Shown here: positions 41,174 through 51,690 of the stretch, piece by piece | Position numbering within the stretch: the stretch's first letter is position 1 | Layout of the letters: the number at the start of each line of letters is the position of its first letter | Assembly (NCBI GenBank): GCA_947165195.1 | Contig: CAMUZJ010000001.1 | Span: forward strand, 14,288 to 78,287 | DNA: 64,000 nt | Origin: an uncultured Bacillota bacterium | GTDB taxonomy: Bacteria > Bacillota_I > Bacilli_A > RF39 > UBA660 | Direction: 5' to 3' | The notes under the pieces: model-generated | Database searches by the model: none | What the model was told of the DNA's origin: nothing | The model's input: the letters and a program-made list of their open reading frames with translations, nothing else | Program-made: the position numbers and the translations under genes

Positions 41174-41309
41174 AATATATAATACTTAACAGAAAACTTA
41201 GACAATTTTGTGTAAGTTTTTTTCTCTTTCGACAAATTTTTATAAAAACATTTAAAAAAATAGTATTCTTTGATACAATAATAAGTGAATATGGAAAATG
41301 GGTGATTAG

Positions 41310-42098
41310 ATGGGAAAGGTTATATCATTAGTAAATCAAAAAGGTGGTGTAGGAAAAACTACAACAAGTATTAATCTTTCTGCATCATTAGCAGTATTAG
41401 GGAAAAAAACCTTATTAATAGATTTGGATCCCCAAGGAAATACAACTACTGGTGTAGGAATAAATAAAGGTGAAATAGAAAAGAGTGCTTATGATGTTTT
41501 AGTTGGCGAATGTGAAATAACAGAAGCTATTATTAAAACAAAGTATAAAAATTTATCAGTTTTACCTGCTACTATTAATTTGGCGGGAATTGATATTGAA
41601 TTAATAGATAAAAGCAGAGAAAATGATGGATTCTTAAAAGGTGAACAATTAAAAAAACATATAGAAACTATTAGAGAAAAATATGATTATATTATTATTG
41701 ATTGTCCACCTTCATTAGGAATTATTACAACAAATGCATTAACTGCTTCAAATTCAGTTATTATTCCAGTACAATGTGAGTTCTTTGCACTAGAAGGAAT
41801 CACACAATTATTAAAAACAATTATGTTAGCTCAAAAGAACTTGAATCCAGCTCTAGATATAGAAGGAGTATTGTTGACAATGCTAGACTCTAGAACCAAT
41901 TTAGGATTTGAAGTAGTAGATGATATTAGAAATTTCTTTAAAGAAAAAGTATACAACACAATAATTCCTAGATTAGTTAGATTAACAGAAGCACCATCAC
42001 ATGGAGAGCCAATTATTGCTTATGATCCAAAAAGTAGAGGGTCAGAAGCTTATCTAAATTTAGCAAAGGAAGTGATTTCAAGAAATGGAAACCAATAA
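41310..42098 (+). CDS. soj: Chromosome partitioning ATPase Soj/ParA
   Basis: Deviant Walker A KGGVGKTT and ParA-family motifs. Confidence 0.9.
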   Translation: MGKVISLVNQKGGVGKTTTSINLSASLAVLGKKTLLIDLDPQGNTTTGVGINKGEIEKSAYDVLVGECEITEAIIKTKYKNLSVLPATINLAGIDIELIDKSRENDGFLKGEQLKKHIETIREKYDYIIIDCPPSLGIITTNALTASNSVIIPVQCEFFALEGITQLLKTIMLAQKNLNPALDIEGVLLTMLDSRTNLGFEVVDDIRNFFKEKVYNTIIPRLVRLTEAPSHGEPIIAYDPKSRGSEAYLNLAKEVISRNGNQ

Positions 42099-42996
42099 TG
42101 AAAATCAATCTACAACTAAAAGAAGAGCATTAGGTAGAGGATTGGAAGAATTGTTTTACAATGAACCAATTAATTATGAAAAAGTAGAAGAAAAAATTAT
42201 TAATCAAACTCCAAAAGAAGAAATAACAATGCTTAAATTAGAGGAATTAAGAAGTAATCCGTACCAACCAAGGAAAATATTTGATGAAGAAGCATTACAA
42301 GAGTTAGCTACATCTATAAAAGAGCATGGAGTATTTCAACCAATTATCGTAAAAAAGAGCATAAAAGGCTATGAAATTATAGCTGGTGAGCGAAGAGTTA
42401 AAGCATCATTATTAGCTGGAAAAAAAGAAATACCAGCTATTATTAGAGATTTTGATGACACAGAAATGATGGAAATAGCTTTATTAGAAAATTTGCAAAG
42501 AGAAAATTTAAGTGCCATAGAAGAGTCATTGGCTTATAAAAAACTGCAAGATACTTTAGGCCTTACTCAGGAACAATTAGCTCAAAGATTAGGAAAAAGT
42601 AGAAGTCATATTACAAATATGTTAGGACTTTTAAATTTACCAGAGTCCATTCAAAAAGAGGTAGGCGAAAAGAAAATAACAATGGGCCATGCTAGGGTTT
42701 TGAGTAAATTAGAAAGTAAAGAACAACAAGAAGAATTAGCAAATAAAGTTATTAATAATGGATTAAGCGTTAGAGAGTTAGAAGATTTAACTAAAGAAAA
42801 AGACCAATACGCTAGAACTCATAAAATTAATAAATCTTATAAAGCGAACAGTGAATATAAATATGTACAAGAAGATTTATGTGAGAAGTTAGGAACTAAA
42901 GTAAAAATAAAAAATAATAAAATAGAAATTAGTTTTGTAAATGGCAACGACTTAAATAGAATCTTAGAAATTATGCAAATAGAAACTAGAGGATAA
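42085..42996 (+). CDS. spo0J: Chromosome partitioning protein Spo0J/ParB
   Basis: ParB box GERRVKA, an HTH, and translational overlap with soj. Confidence 0.9.
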   Translation: METNNENQSTTKRRALGRGLEELFYNEPINYEKVEEKIINQTPKEEITMLKLEELRSNPYQPRKIFDEEALQELATSIKEHGVFQPIIVKKSIKGYEIIAGERRVKASLLAGKKEIPAIIRDFDDTEMMEIALLENLQRENLSAIEESLAYKKLQDTLGLTQEQLAQRLGKSRSHITNMLGLLNLPESIQKEVGEKKITMGHARVLSKLESKEQQEELANKVINNGLSVRELEDLTKEKDQYARTHKINKSYKANSEYKYVQEDLCEKLGTKVKIKNNKIEISFVNGNDLNRILEIMQIETRG

Positions 42997-43000
42997 AACT

Positions 43001-43819
43001 ATGGAAAATTTATTGGATTTTATTGTTAGCCTAAAGTTACTGATTCTTCCTATTATATATATAATAATAGGAATTATTGCATATGAAATAATTAAAAGAA
43101 TTATTAAAAAAGTAACCCTTAATGGACAAAAAAAATTTCAAAGAAAGCAGCAGAAACAAAGAATAGAAACTTTGATTAGTCTTGTTCTAAATATTATAAA
43201 ATATATAATAGTTGTAATTGTGATAGTTGGGATATTAGGAACTTTTGGAGTAAATATTACCTCAATCGTAGCAGGATTAGGTGTTACAACAGCTATTATA
43301 GGTCTTGCTTTTCAAGATTTAGCAAAAGACATCATAGCAGGATTTTCTATAATTACTGAGGCACAATATGAAGTGGGAGATACAATAGAAGTAGATGGTT
43401 TTATGGGAGAAGTTGTATTTTTAGGACTTAAGACAACAAGAATTAGGGACTATAAAGGTGCTACTAAAATTATTGCTAATCACAATATGGACAAAATAAT
43501 AAATTATAGCATAAATAACTCATTAGCTGTTGTAGATATACCAATTGACTATGATAATGATATTGAAAAAGTTGAAAAAGTTTTAAATAAACTTGCAGAA
43601 GAATTAGATGGCAAAATTAAAGAAGCAAGAGGAAGAATGCAAGTATGGGGAATTGATGGTATAGAAAATAGTGATGTTATTTTTAGGATTGTTCTAGAAG
43701 TAGAGCCTATGAAACATTTAGCAATTCAGCGTTATTTAAGAAAAGAAATAAAAAGGGCATTTGATGAAGCTGGAATAAAAGAACCATTTACTAGATACGA
43801 GGTGCATAATGGAAAATAG
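43001..43819 (+). CDS. mscS: Small-conductance mechanosensitive channel (MscS family)
   Basis: Three TM helices followed by the MscS beta-domain signature (GDTIEVDGFMGEVVFLGLKTTRIRD). Confidence 0.75.
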   Translation: MENLLDFIVSLKLLILPIIYIIIGIIAYEIIKRIIKKVTLNGQKKFQRKQQKQRIETLISLVLNIIKYIIVVIVIVGILGTFGVNITSIVAGLGVTTAIIGLAFQDLAKDIIAGFSIITEAQYEVGDTIEVDGFMGEVVFLGLKTTRIRDYKGATKIIANHNMDKIINYSINNSLAVVDIPIDYDNDIEKVEKVLNKLAEELDGKIKEARGRMQVWGIDGIENSDVIFRIVLEVEPMKHLAIQRYLRKEIKRAFDEAGIKEPFTRYEVHNGK

Positions 43820-44009
43820 TTTAAAATATGATATAGGAACGAAAGTAGTTATGAAAAAACAACATCCTTGTGGAAGCAATGAATGGGAAATAACTAGAGT
43901 CGGAGCAGATATTAAAATCAAATGTCTTAATTGTGGAAGGACAATTCTTTTACCTAGGGTTGAATTTAATAAAAAACTTAAGAAAATAATTTCACAGGAA
44001 GGGCAATAA
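43809..44009 (+). CDS. DUF951 small protein with a C...C / CxxC zinc-ribbon-like motif
   Basis: 66 aa with HPCGSNEW and KCLNCGRT, overlapping the mscS stop. A DUF951 homolog (yyzM-like) is found near spo0J in Bacillus. Confidence 0.55.
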   Translation: MENSLKYDIGTKVVMKKQHPCGSNEWEITRVGADIKIKCLNCGRTILLPRVEFNKKLKKIISQEGQ

Positions 44010-44010
44010 T

Positions 44011-45606
44011 ATGAATGATAAGAAAAAATTAAGATTAAAGAAATTTTACTTTCATCCAATAACTGTCTACTTAATATTAATAGGACTAACTATTATATTA
44101 AGTGGAATCTTATCTAGCTTAGAAATGCAAGCAACCTATGATGTGGTTAATAAAAATACATTAGAATTAGAATCAACACTGGTTGCTGTTGAGAATATGT
44201 TTAGTTTTGATGGACTAAAATTTATAATAAGTAATGCAGCTAAAAATTTCTTGAGTTTTGGTCCATTGTCTAGTTTAATTATTTCCTTAATAGGAATAAC
44301 AATTGCAGAAGCTACTGGATTAATTGAAGTATTTTCAAGAAAATATTTAAAAAAAATACCAAAAGGAACGTTAACATTTTTAATAATTTTAGTAGCAACA
44401 ATTTCATCATTAATCAATGATGTTGGATACACAATTTTAATTCCTTTGATTGCATTGGTCTACTTTATTATTGGTAGAAACCCAATTTTAGGAATTGTAA
44501 CAACATTTTGTGGAGTAGCATTTGGATATGGAGTTTCAATATTTGTTGGTTCTACAGAAGTTGCATTGATAAATTATACAAAGTTATCAAGTATGTTGAT
44601 TGATGAAACGTCTCATATATCTTTGACAAGTAACTTGATATTTATTATATTAACATCTATTATTTTATCTATAGTAGGAACCTTAATAATAGAAAAAATA
44701 ATAGCTCCTAAGATAGGCAAATATAAAAAAGAAGAAGACACTATGGCAACAGAGCAATATAAATCCATAAGCTTAGAAGAGGAAGAGCAAAAATTAATAG
44801 AGCAAGAAAAGAATGAAAAAAAAGGATTAAGATGCTCTATGATAGTAGGAATTATAGTAGTTCTAATATTTATATATTCCTTACTCCCTAATTTACCAAG
44901 TTCTGGTATGTTATTAGATATGAATGAAAATACCTATTTGAATCAATTATTTGGAGATAATTCATATTTTCAAGATGGATTTACTTATATGGTTGCTCTA
45001 TTCTTCATATTAACAGGTTTAGCATATGGAATAGGTTCAAAATCTATAAAAAGTGACAAAGAATTGATAGAAAGAGCTAATAATAGATTTTCACAAGTAG
45101 GTTCCGTATTAATGTTAATGTTTGTTGTAGCTCAATTTATAGCAATATTTAAAAAGACTAATATTGGAATAATTATAACCTCATGGTTAGCTAACTTATT
45201 AGAATTTTTAAATCCTACAGGAATTCCTTTACTTATCTTGACTGTAGTATTTATTGCCTTATCAAATTTTGTATTAACAGGTGCTGGAACTAAATGGATG
45301 ATATTTTCACCTGTAGTAGTTCCAATGTTTATGCAATCAAATATATCTCCACAATTTGCTCAGGTTGTTATGAGAGCTGGAGATTCTATGACAAATGGAT
45401 ATACACCTTTCTTAGCATCCTTTGTTATTTTCTTAGGATACCTAAATATATATAACTTAAATAAAGAAAAACCATACTCTATTAAAAGAGCACTTAATTT
45501 AATAACTCCATATTTCTTAATTATATCTATAACATGGATTTTAATAATAGTAGGATGGTATATACTGGGATTACCAATAGGGCCTAATGTTTATCCAACA
45601 ATTTAA
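44011..45606 (+). CDS. AbgT-family transporter (p-aminobenzoyl-glutamate/sulfonamide efflux family)
   Basis: 531 aa polytopic membrane protein. Its N-terminal region aligns with AbgT: TYDVVNKNTLELESTLVAVENMFSFDGLKFIISNAAKNFLSFGPL. Confidence 0.65.
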   Translation: MNDKKKLRLKKFYFHPITVYLILIGLTIILSGILSSLEMQATYDVVNKNTLELESTLVAVENMFSFDGLKFIISNAAKNFLSFGPLSSLIISLIGITIAEATGLIEVFSRKYLKKIPKGTLTFLIILVATISSLINDVGYTILIPLIALVYFIIGRNPILGIVTTFCGVAFGYGVSIFVGSTEVALINYTKLSSMLIDETSHISLTSNLIFIILTSIILSIVGTLIIEKIIAPKIGKYKKEEDTMATEQYKSISLEEEEQKLIEQEKNEKKGLRCSMIVGIIVVLIFIYSLLPNLPSSGMLLDMNENTYLNQLFGDNSYFQDGFTYMVALFFILTGLAYGIGSKSIKSDKELIERANNRFSQVGSVLMLMFVVAQFIAIFKKTNIGIIITSWLANLLEFLNPTGIPLLILTVVFIALSNFVLTGAGTKWMIFSPVVVPMFMQSNISPQFAQVVMRAGDSMTNGYTPFLASFVIFLGYLNIYNLNKEKPYSIKRALNLITPYFLIISITWILIIVGWYILGLPIGPNVYPTI

Positions 45607-45615
45607 AATTTTAAG

Positions 45616-45645
45616 ACTTTTATGTAAATCATAAAAGTTTTTTTC
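45616..45645 (+). terminator. Rho-independent terminator after the AbgT-family gene
   Basis: An ACTTTTATG-taaat-CATAAAAGT stem-loop followed by a T8 run. Confidence 0.7.
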
Positions 45646-45712
45646 TTCTATTATCCATAAAATAAAAATAATGTGCTATAATACTTAGGAAAATATTTTT
45701 GGAGGTAATATT

Positions 45713-46813
45713 ATGAGTTTAACAGCAGGAATAGTAGGATTACCAAATGTAGGAAAGTCTACTTTATTTAATGCAATAACAAATCAAAAAATATTAGCAG
45801 AAAATTATCCATTTGCTACTATTGAACCTAATGTTGGGATTGTAACAGTTCCAGATGATAGAATGGACAAATTGAAAGATATGTATAATCCTGAAAGATT
45901 TATACCAACTGCTTACGAATTTACAGATATAGCTGGATTAGTAAAAGGTGCTTCACAAGGAGAAGGTTTAGGAAATAAATTTTTATCTCATATAAGAGAA
46001 GTAGATGCTATTGTTGAAGTGGTTAGATGCTTTGATGATGGGAAGATTATTCATGTTGATGGTAATGTTGACCCAGTAAGAGATATTGAAACAATTAATT
46101 TAGAACTTTCAATATCAGATTTAGATGTTATTAATAGTAGATTAGAAAGAGTTGCAAAGAAGGCAAGAACTACTAAAAATAAGGATGATATGCTAGAAGT
46201 AGAAGCTCTACAAAAATCAAAAGAAGCATTAGAAAAAAATATACCATTAAGACAAGTAGAATATACAGAAGAAGAAAGAAGATTATTAAAATCCTATAGT
46301 TTTTTAACAATAAAACCTATTATTTATTTAGCTAATATTAAAGAAGAAGATTTATCAAAAGAAGATAATATGTATGTAAAAAAAGTAAAAGAATATGCCG
46401 ATAAAGAGAACGCAAAAGTAGTAAGTTTATGTGCTAAAGTAGAAGAAGAATTAAGTGAACTAACAAAAGAAGATAAAGAGGAAATGTTAGAAGGATTAGG
46501 ATTAGATTCTTCAGGATTAGACAAATTAATTCAAGCAACTTACGATATACTAGGTTTAGCAACATACTTTACAGTAGGAAAAGATGAAGTTAGAGCTTGG
46601 ACCTTTAAAAAGGGTATGAATGCTAAACAATGTGCGGGAATTATCCATACAGATTTTGAGAAAGGCTTTATAAGAGCCGAAGTAATTTCATATACTGATC
46701 TTATAGAGCAAGGGAGCGAATTAAAAGTAAAAGAAGCAGGAAAAGCTAGATTGGAAGGAAAAGATTATATAATGCAAGATGGAGATATTTGCCACTTTAG
46801 ATTTAATGTATAG
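45713..46813 (+). CDS. ychF: Ribosome-binding ATPase YchF
   Basis: Obg-family G-domain GLPNVGKST plus a TGS domain. It is preceded by an extended -10 promoter (TGcTATAAT) and a GGAGGT RBS. Confidence 0.95.
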   Translation: MSLTAGIVGLPNVGKSTLFNAITNQKILAENYPFATIEPNVGIVTVPDDRMDKLKDMYNPERFIPTAYEFTDIAGLVKGASQGEGLGNKFLSHIREVDAIVEVVRCFDDGKIIHVDGNVDPVRDIETINLELSISDLDVINSRLERVAKKARTTKNKDDMLEVEALQKSKEALEKNIPLRQVEYTEEERRLLKSYSFLTIKPIIYLANIKEEDLSKEDNMYVKKVKEYADKENAKVVSLCAKVEEELSELTKEDKEEMLEGLGLDSSGLDKLIQATYDILGLATYFTVGKDEVRAWTFKKGMNAKQCAGIIHTDFEKGFIRAEVISYTDLIEQGSELKVKEAGKARLEGKDYIMQDGDICHFRFNV

Positions 46814-46823
46814 GGATTGAAAT

Positions 46824-47600
46824 ATGTTAGAAACTAAAATAAAAATATTTGAAACAAAAATAGAAGATGGAATATTTAGTAGAAATAAAAAATTTTATCC
46901 ATCTAATGTTACAGAAAGTGATATATTAAAACGTTTTTTAAGTGTAAAAGAGTATGTTGGAAAAAAATATGGATTTAATGGTAAAAGAGTTTTTCAGCCT
47001 CTTCAAAAAAATGGTACTAACAATGTGGAATATCCAGATGGAAAATATATTATATTAGATGAATCCTACATGACAAAAGAAGATTATTGGTTTGAAAGAA
47101 TACCAACAGATATTTTGATATTAGAAGAAAAGTATAAAGGTATTGTGATTGGACATCAAATGGCAGATTGTCCTATCTTAATAGCAGAAGATAGACAAAA
47201 AGGAGTAACTGCTTTAGCACACTGTGGTGCATCATATATTGATAGGTTGTTGCCTAAACAAACGATTGAGGCATTAATAAATGCCTATAATAGCAATTTA
47301 GAGGATATATATGTCTATGTTGGAAGTTGCGCTAAAAAAGAAAATTATGTATATGATAGATTTCCAATTTGGGCTAAGAATAATGCAATATGGGATAAAA
47401 ATATTAGCTTAGAAGATGATGGGTATCATATTAATTTAAATGGAGCAATTAAGCAACAATTACAAGATATAGGAATTATCCATATAGAAGAAAGTCCAAT
47501 AGATACTATTTTAGATAATAGCTACTACTCTCATGTTGCAGCAATAAAGGGAGATATCAAAAAAATTGGTCAAAATTTTGTAGGGTTTTATTATATATAA
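46824..47600 (+). CDS. pgeF: YfiH/PgeF (DUF152) family purine nucleoside/peptidoglycan-editing enzyme
   Basis: Metal-site motifs HQMADCPIL and LAHCGASY are characteristic of DUF152 proteins. Confidence 0.6.
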   Translation: MLETKIKIFETKIEDGIFSRNKKFYPSNVTESDILKRFLSVKEYVGKKYGFNGKRVFQPLQKNGTNNVEYPDGKYIILDESYMTKEDYWFERIPTDILILEEKYKGIVIGHQMADCPILIAEDRQKGVTALAHCGASYIDRLLPKQTIEALINAYNSNLEDIYVYVGSCAKKENYVYDRFPIWAKNNAIWDKNISLEDDGYHINLNGAIKQQLQDIGIIHIEESPIDTILDNSYYSHVAAIKGDIKKIGQNFVGFYYI

Positions 47601-47656
47601 ATAAAAAATAATTGAATTTATGTAAGTTTATGAAATATAAAATAAGAAAAAATTGC

Positions 47657-47750
47657 TAGACAAGTAAAGGTATTTTTGTTATAATACCTACGAGTATTTT
47701 AAATACTCCTTGCTGCATATGCGGCCTTATGTCCAAAAGGAGGTGTCAAG
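47657..47750 (+). promoter_or_regulatory. rpsF operon promoter (TAGACA, 17-nt spacer, TGtTATAAT) and a structured 5' leader
   Basis: -35 at 47657-47662 and extended -10 at 47677-47685. The leader hairpin is GAGTATTT/AAATACTC (47692-47708), followed by an AAAGGAGGTG RBS. Confidence 0.55.
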
Positions 47751-47751
47751 A

Positions 47752-48039
47752 ATGAATAAATATGAAATTATGTTCGTTGTAAGACCAGATATGGAAGAAG
47801 CAGAAATTAAAAAAACTGCTGAAGAAATGAAAAAGGTTTTAGAAAATGGACATGCTACTTTTGTAGAAGAAAAAAGTATGGGTCAAAGAGAATTAGCATA
47901 CGAAATCAAAAAATTTAAGACTGGATACTATTTCTTATACATAGTTGAAACAAATTCAGATGTTGTAAATGAATTTGATCGTGTTGTTAGAATTAACGAA
48001 AAAGTTATTCGTCATTTAATTGTTAAAGTAGAAGACTAA
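47752..48039 (+). CDS. rpsF: 30S ribosomal protein S6
   Basis: MNKYEIMFVVRPD start following a strong RBS. The ORF track's longer N-terminus is an artifact. Confidence 0.9.
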   Translation: MNKYEIMFVVRPDMEEAEIKKTAEEMKKVLENGHATFVEEKSMGQRELAYEIKKFKTGYYFLYIVETNSDVVNEFDRVVRINEKVIRHLIVKVED

Positions 48040-48060
48040 TAAAAAAGAAGAGGGTAATTT

Positions 48061-48561
48061 ATGAATAAAGTTTTTTTAATAGGAAGATTAACCAGAGATC
48101 CTGAATTAAGATATACTGGTAGCAATTTACCGGTAGCAACTTTTTCTTTAGCTGTAAATAGAAATTATACTACTCAAAGTGGAGAAAGAGAAGCTGATTT
48201 TATCAATATAGTTGTATGGAGAAAGCAAGCTGAAAATGTAAAAAATTATCTTTCACAAGGTAGTCAAGTAGCAATAGAAGGTAGAATTCAAACAAGAAGC
48301 TATGATGATAATAATGGACAAAAAAGATATGTAACAGAAGTAATAGCTGATAACGTTGAATTTATAGGATCTAGAAGTTCTTCAAATAATTCTAATAATA
48401 CTAATACTACTGATATGAATCAAAGCAATAATGTAAATAGTGGTCCAAGTCCATATGACTTCGGTAGTAGTACAGAACCAAAAGGAACAAATGTAGATAG
48501 TAATCCATTTGCGGATTTTGGTTCAAGTATTCAAATTAGCGATGATGAATTACCTTTCTAG
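48061..48561 (+). CDS. ssb: Single-stranded DNA-binding protein
   Basis: OB-fold N-terminus (MNKVFLIGRLTRDPELRYT), a Gly/Ser/Asn-rich linker and a C-terminal acidic DDELPF tip. Confidence 0.9.
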   Translation: MNKVFLIGRLTRDPELRYTGSNLPVATFSLAVNRNYTTQSGEREADFINIVVWRKQAENVKNYLSQGSQVAIEGRIQTRSYDDNNGQKRYVTEVIADNVEFIGSRSSSNNSNNTNTTDMNQSNNVNSGPSPYDFGSSTEPKGTNVDSNPFADFGSSIQISDDELPF

Positions 48562-48579
48562 AAAAAAGGAGGAAATGAA

Positions 48580-48798
48580 ATGGCAGAAGGATATAGAAGA
48601 AAAAAGAAAATCTGTTTAATGTGTGCTAATAAAATAGATGTAGACTATAAAAATCCAGAAAGTTTAAGAAGATTTATAAATGAAAAAGGTAAAATGGTAC
48701 CTAGAAGAGTTACTGGAACATGTGCATTACATCAAAGAGTTGTATCTAAGCAAGTAAAAAGAGCTAGATCTATTGCTTTTTTACCATATTCTAAATAA
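48580..48798 (+). CDS. rpsR: 30S ribosomal protein S18
   Basis: The conserved rpsF-ssb-rpsR operon arrangement and a basic 72 aa protein. Confidence 0.9.
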   Translation: MAEGYRRKKKICLMCANKIDVDYKNPESLRRFINEKGKMVPRRVTGTCALHQRVVSKQVKRARSIAFLPYSK

Positions 48799-48803
48799 AA
48801 ATT

Positions 48804-48830
48804 ACATACCAAGTTGGTATGTTTTTTTTG
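48804..48830 (+). terminator. Rho-independent terminator after rpsR
   Basis: An ACATACC-aagtt-GGTATGT hairpin followed by T8. Confidence 0.7.
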
Positions 48831-48894
48831 ACTCTTATAGTTAGACAAATTATATAAATTATTATATAATAAGAATGAGTTGACGGAGGAAAAA

Positions 48895-49881
48895 ATGGGA
48901 ATACTTAAGGAAAGAAAAAAATTAAATAATATACTTAAAAAGACCAAAACAATTTTCCTTATGGCACATAAAGATTTGGACTTAGATGCATTAGGAAGTT
49001 GTATCGGAATGTATTTAATACTTAAACAAAAAAAGAAAGATGTATATATAATAGTTGATGACAAAACTCATGAATTAGGGGTTGAAAAAGCTCTTATTGA
49101 ATTAGAAGGGTGTATTAGTATTATAAAAAGTTCTGATATTGATAAAAATTTGAATTATCATTTATCTAAAAATTTATTAATAGTATTAGATACAAATAAG
49201 ACAAATCTAGTTCAAAATCAAGAAGTGCTAGAAAAAATAGATAATAAAATAGTTATTGATCACCATGATATAGGAGGAAAAACAATAGAAAATTGTCTTA
49301 TGATAAACGATACTGAAGTATCTAGTACTTGTGAGATGATAACAGACCTAATAGAATTTTATGAGGTACCTATAGATCCTTATTATGCAACTTTGCTTTT
49401 AGCGGGTATTGTTTTAGATACAAATAACTTTACTTTAAAAACAAATCCCGAAACATTTTATAAGGCCTATTACTTAACATGTTTAGGGGCTAGTGCTAAA
49501 AAAGTGCAATATTTATTAAAACAAGATATCAATGAATATACAGAAAGACAAAAATTATTATCTACAATAGAAACAATAAATGATAAAATAGCATTTACAA
49601 AAGCAACTCCGTATGCACATTACCGAAGAGAAGAATTGGCAAAAGTAGCAGATACCCTATTATTCTTTAATAATATAGAAGCATCTTTTGTAATAGGAAA
49701 AATTAATAAAGAAACAATAGGTATTAGTGCAAGAAGCTTAGGTAACTATGATATTAATAGAATATTATCTAAATTAGGTGGAGGTGGAAGTACCTATAAT
49801 GGAGCTGCAACATTTCAAAATACAACCATTAGTAAAGTGGAACAGAGATTAAAAAAAGTCATTAAGGAGGAGTCGGAATAA
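48895..49881 (+). CDS. DHH/DHHA1 phosphoesterase, a GdpP/NrnA-like catalytic module without TM, PAS or GGDEF sensor domains
   Basis: The DHH motif (VIDHHDIGG) and the C-terminal DHHA1 GGGH-like motif (LGGGGS) are present. It occupies the rpsR-[gdpP]-rplI position. The start is placed at the ATG at 48895 after a GGAGGA RBS. Confidence 0.7.
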   Translation: MGILKERKKLNNILKKTKTIFLMAHKDLDLDALGSCIGMYLILKQKKKDVYIIVDDKTHELGVEKALIELEGCISIIKSSDIDKNLNYHLSKNLLIVLDTNKTNLVQNQEVLEKIDNKIVIDHHDIGGKTIENCLMINDTEVSSTCEMITDLIEFYEVPIDPYYATLLLAGIVLDTNNFTLKTNPETFYKAYYLTCLGASAKKVQYLLKQDINEYTERQKLLSTIETINDKIAFTKATPYAHYRREELAKVADTLLFFNNIEASFVIGKINKETIGISARSLGNYDINRILSKLGGGGSTYNGAATFQNTTISKVEQRLKKVIKEESE

Positions 49882-50321
49882 TGGAAGTAATATTTATAAA
49901 GGATTTAAGAGGTCAAGGAAAAAAAGGACAAGTTAAAAATGTAAAGGACGGGTATGCAGAAAATTTTTTAATAAAAAACGGATATGCTGTATTGAAAAAT
50001 TCAGAAAATTTGAAAAAGTTAGAATATGAAAAAACAAAGAAAGCTCAAGAAGAAGCAGAAAATAAAAAGTTAGCAGAAGCTTTAAAAATAAAATTGGATA
50101 AAGAAGTTTTAGAATTTAAAGTAAAGACTGGCCAAGGTGATAAAGTTTTTGGAAGTATTAGTTTGAAACAAGTAAAAGATGAATTGACAAAAAAGGGTTA
50201 TAAGATAGATAAAAGCCAAATAGAAATAAATCAAGGAATAGCTTCTTTAGGTTTTCATAATATTGCTATCAATTTATATCCAGGGATAGTAGCAACTATT
50301 AAAGTACATGTGATAAAATAG
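49881..50321 (+). CDS. rplI: 50S ribosomal protein L9
   Basis: [36 protein letters not shown] is the canonical L9 N-terminus. Confidence 0.9.
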   Translation: MEVIFIKDLRGQGKKGQVKNVKDGYAENFLIKNGYAVLKNSENLKKLEYEKTKKAQEEAENKKLAEALKIKLDKEVLEFKVKTGQGDKVFGSISLKQVKDELTKKGYKIDKSQIEINQGIASLGFHNIAINLYPGIVATIKVHVIK

Positions 50322-50331
50322 AGGTGAGAAT

Positions 50332-51690
50332 ATGCCAATAAGAAATTTACCTAACAATATAGAAGCAGAAGAATCAGTATTAGGGGCATGTTTTCTATCT
50401 AAGTATGCATTACAAAAAGCAAGTGAAACATTACAACCAGAGTCATTTTTTTACGAAAAGAATAGTAAAATATTTTCTTGTATGATGGATTTAAATGATC
50501 AAAAAACTCCACTTGATTTAACGACAGTAACTAGTTATTTAAATAATCGAAATGAATTAAATGATATTGGAGGAGTAGAATATTTAACAGAAGTTTTAAA
50601 TTTTGTTCCAACTGCAAGTAATGTAGACTACTATATAAAAATAGTGGAAGAAACAGCATTACTTAGAAGATTAATTCAAACAGCAACGGAAATTGCTGAA
50701 GAGGGATATAGAACAGATGAGACGGTAAATGATATTTTAGATAATTCTGAGAAAAAGATATTAAATATAGTTAAAGGAAGAAAAGCTAGCGAATTTAGAA
50801 GCATCAAAGATGTCTTAGCAAAAACTCAATCTGACTTAGAAAGATTATCTGAAAACAAAGGAGAAATTACAGGATTATCGACTGGTTGGTATGATTTAGA
50901 TAAACTAACGACAGGATTACATGCTAATGAATTTATTATCATTGCAGCAAGACCAGCTATGGGGAAAACAGCATTTGCTCTAAATTTAGCAACTCATGTA
51001 GCTATGTCTCAAGAAAAATCAGTAGCTGTATTTAACTTAGAAATGAGTGCTGAGCAATTAGCAATGCGTATTTTATCTTCCTTAGGACAATTAGAAGGAT
51101 TTAAACTTAGAACTGGAAATTTAATGAATAACGATTGGAAAAGAATTAATGAAGCATCCTCTAGATTATCAGGAACTAACTTAGTAATTGATGATACACC
51201 AGGGATTACTATAGGTGAAATAAGAGCTAAATGTAGAAGACTAGCAAGTAGTGAAAAAGGATTGAGCCTTGTTATAATCGATTATCTTCAATTAATATCT
51301 GGTGGAAAAAATTATGGTACAAATAGACAACAAGAAGTATCTGATATATCCAGAAGTTTAAAAACACTAGCAATGGAATTAAATTTACCAGTTATTGCTT
51401 TATCTCAATTATCACGTAGTGTAGAAGGAAGAGAAGATAAAAGACCTTTGATGAGTGATTTACGTGAATCAGGGTCAATAGAACAAGATGCTGATATTGT
51501 AGCTTTTCTTTATAGAGATGATTACTACAATAAAGAAGCAAGAACAGAAGACAATAATAGTATAAGTGAACTTATTATTGGAAAACATCGTAATGGACCA
51601 ACAGCAACTATAGAACTATTATTTAAAAAAAATACATCGACTTTCTTAAATTTAAGAAAAGATAGTGAAAATGCGGAGGTTAAAGTTTGA
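50332..51690 (+). CDS. dnaB: Replicative DNA helicase (DnaB family; DnaC in Bacillus nomenclature)
   Basis: Walker A ARPAMGKTAFALN, the conserved rplI-helicase synteny and RecA-like fold motifs. Confidence 0.95.
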   Translation: MPIRNLPNNIEAEESVLGACFLSKYALQKASETLQPESFFYEKNSKIFSCMMDLNDQKTPLDLTTVTSYLNNRNELNDIGGVEYLTEVLNFVPTASNVDYYIKIVEETALLRRLIQTATEIAEEGYRTDETVNDILDNSEKKILNIVKGRKASEFRSIKDVLAKTQSDLERLSENKGEITGLSTGWYDLDKLTTGLHANEFIIIAARPAMGKTAFALNLATHVAMSQEKSVAVFNLEMSAEQLAMRILSSLGQLEGFKLRTGNLMNNDWKRINEASSRLSGTNLVIDDTPGITIGEIRAKCRRLASSEKGLSLVIIDYLQLISGGKNYGTNRQQEVSDISRSLKTLAMELNLPVIALSQLSRSVEGREDKRPLMSDLRESGSIEQDADIVAFLYRDDYYNKEARTEDNNSISELIIGKHRNGPTATIELLFKKNTSTFLNLRKDSENAEVKV

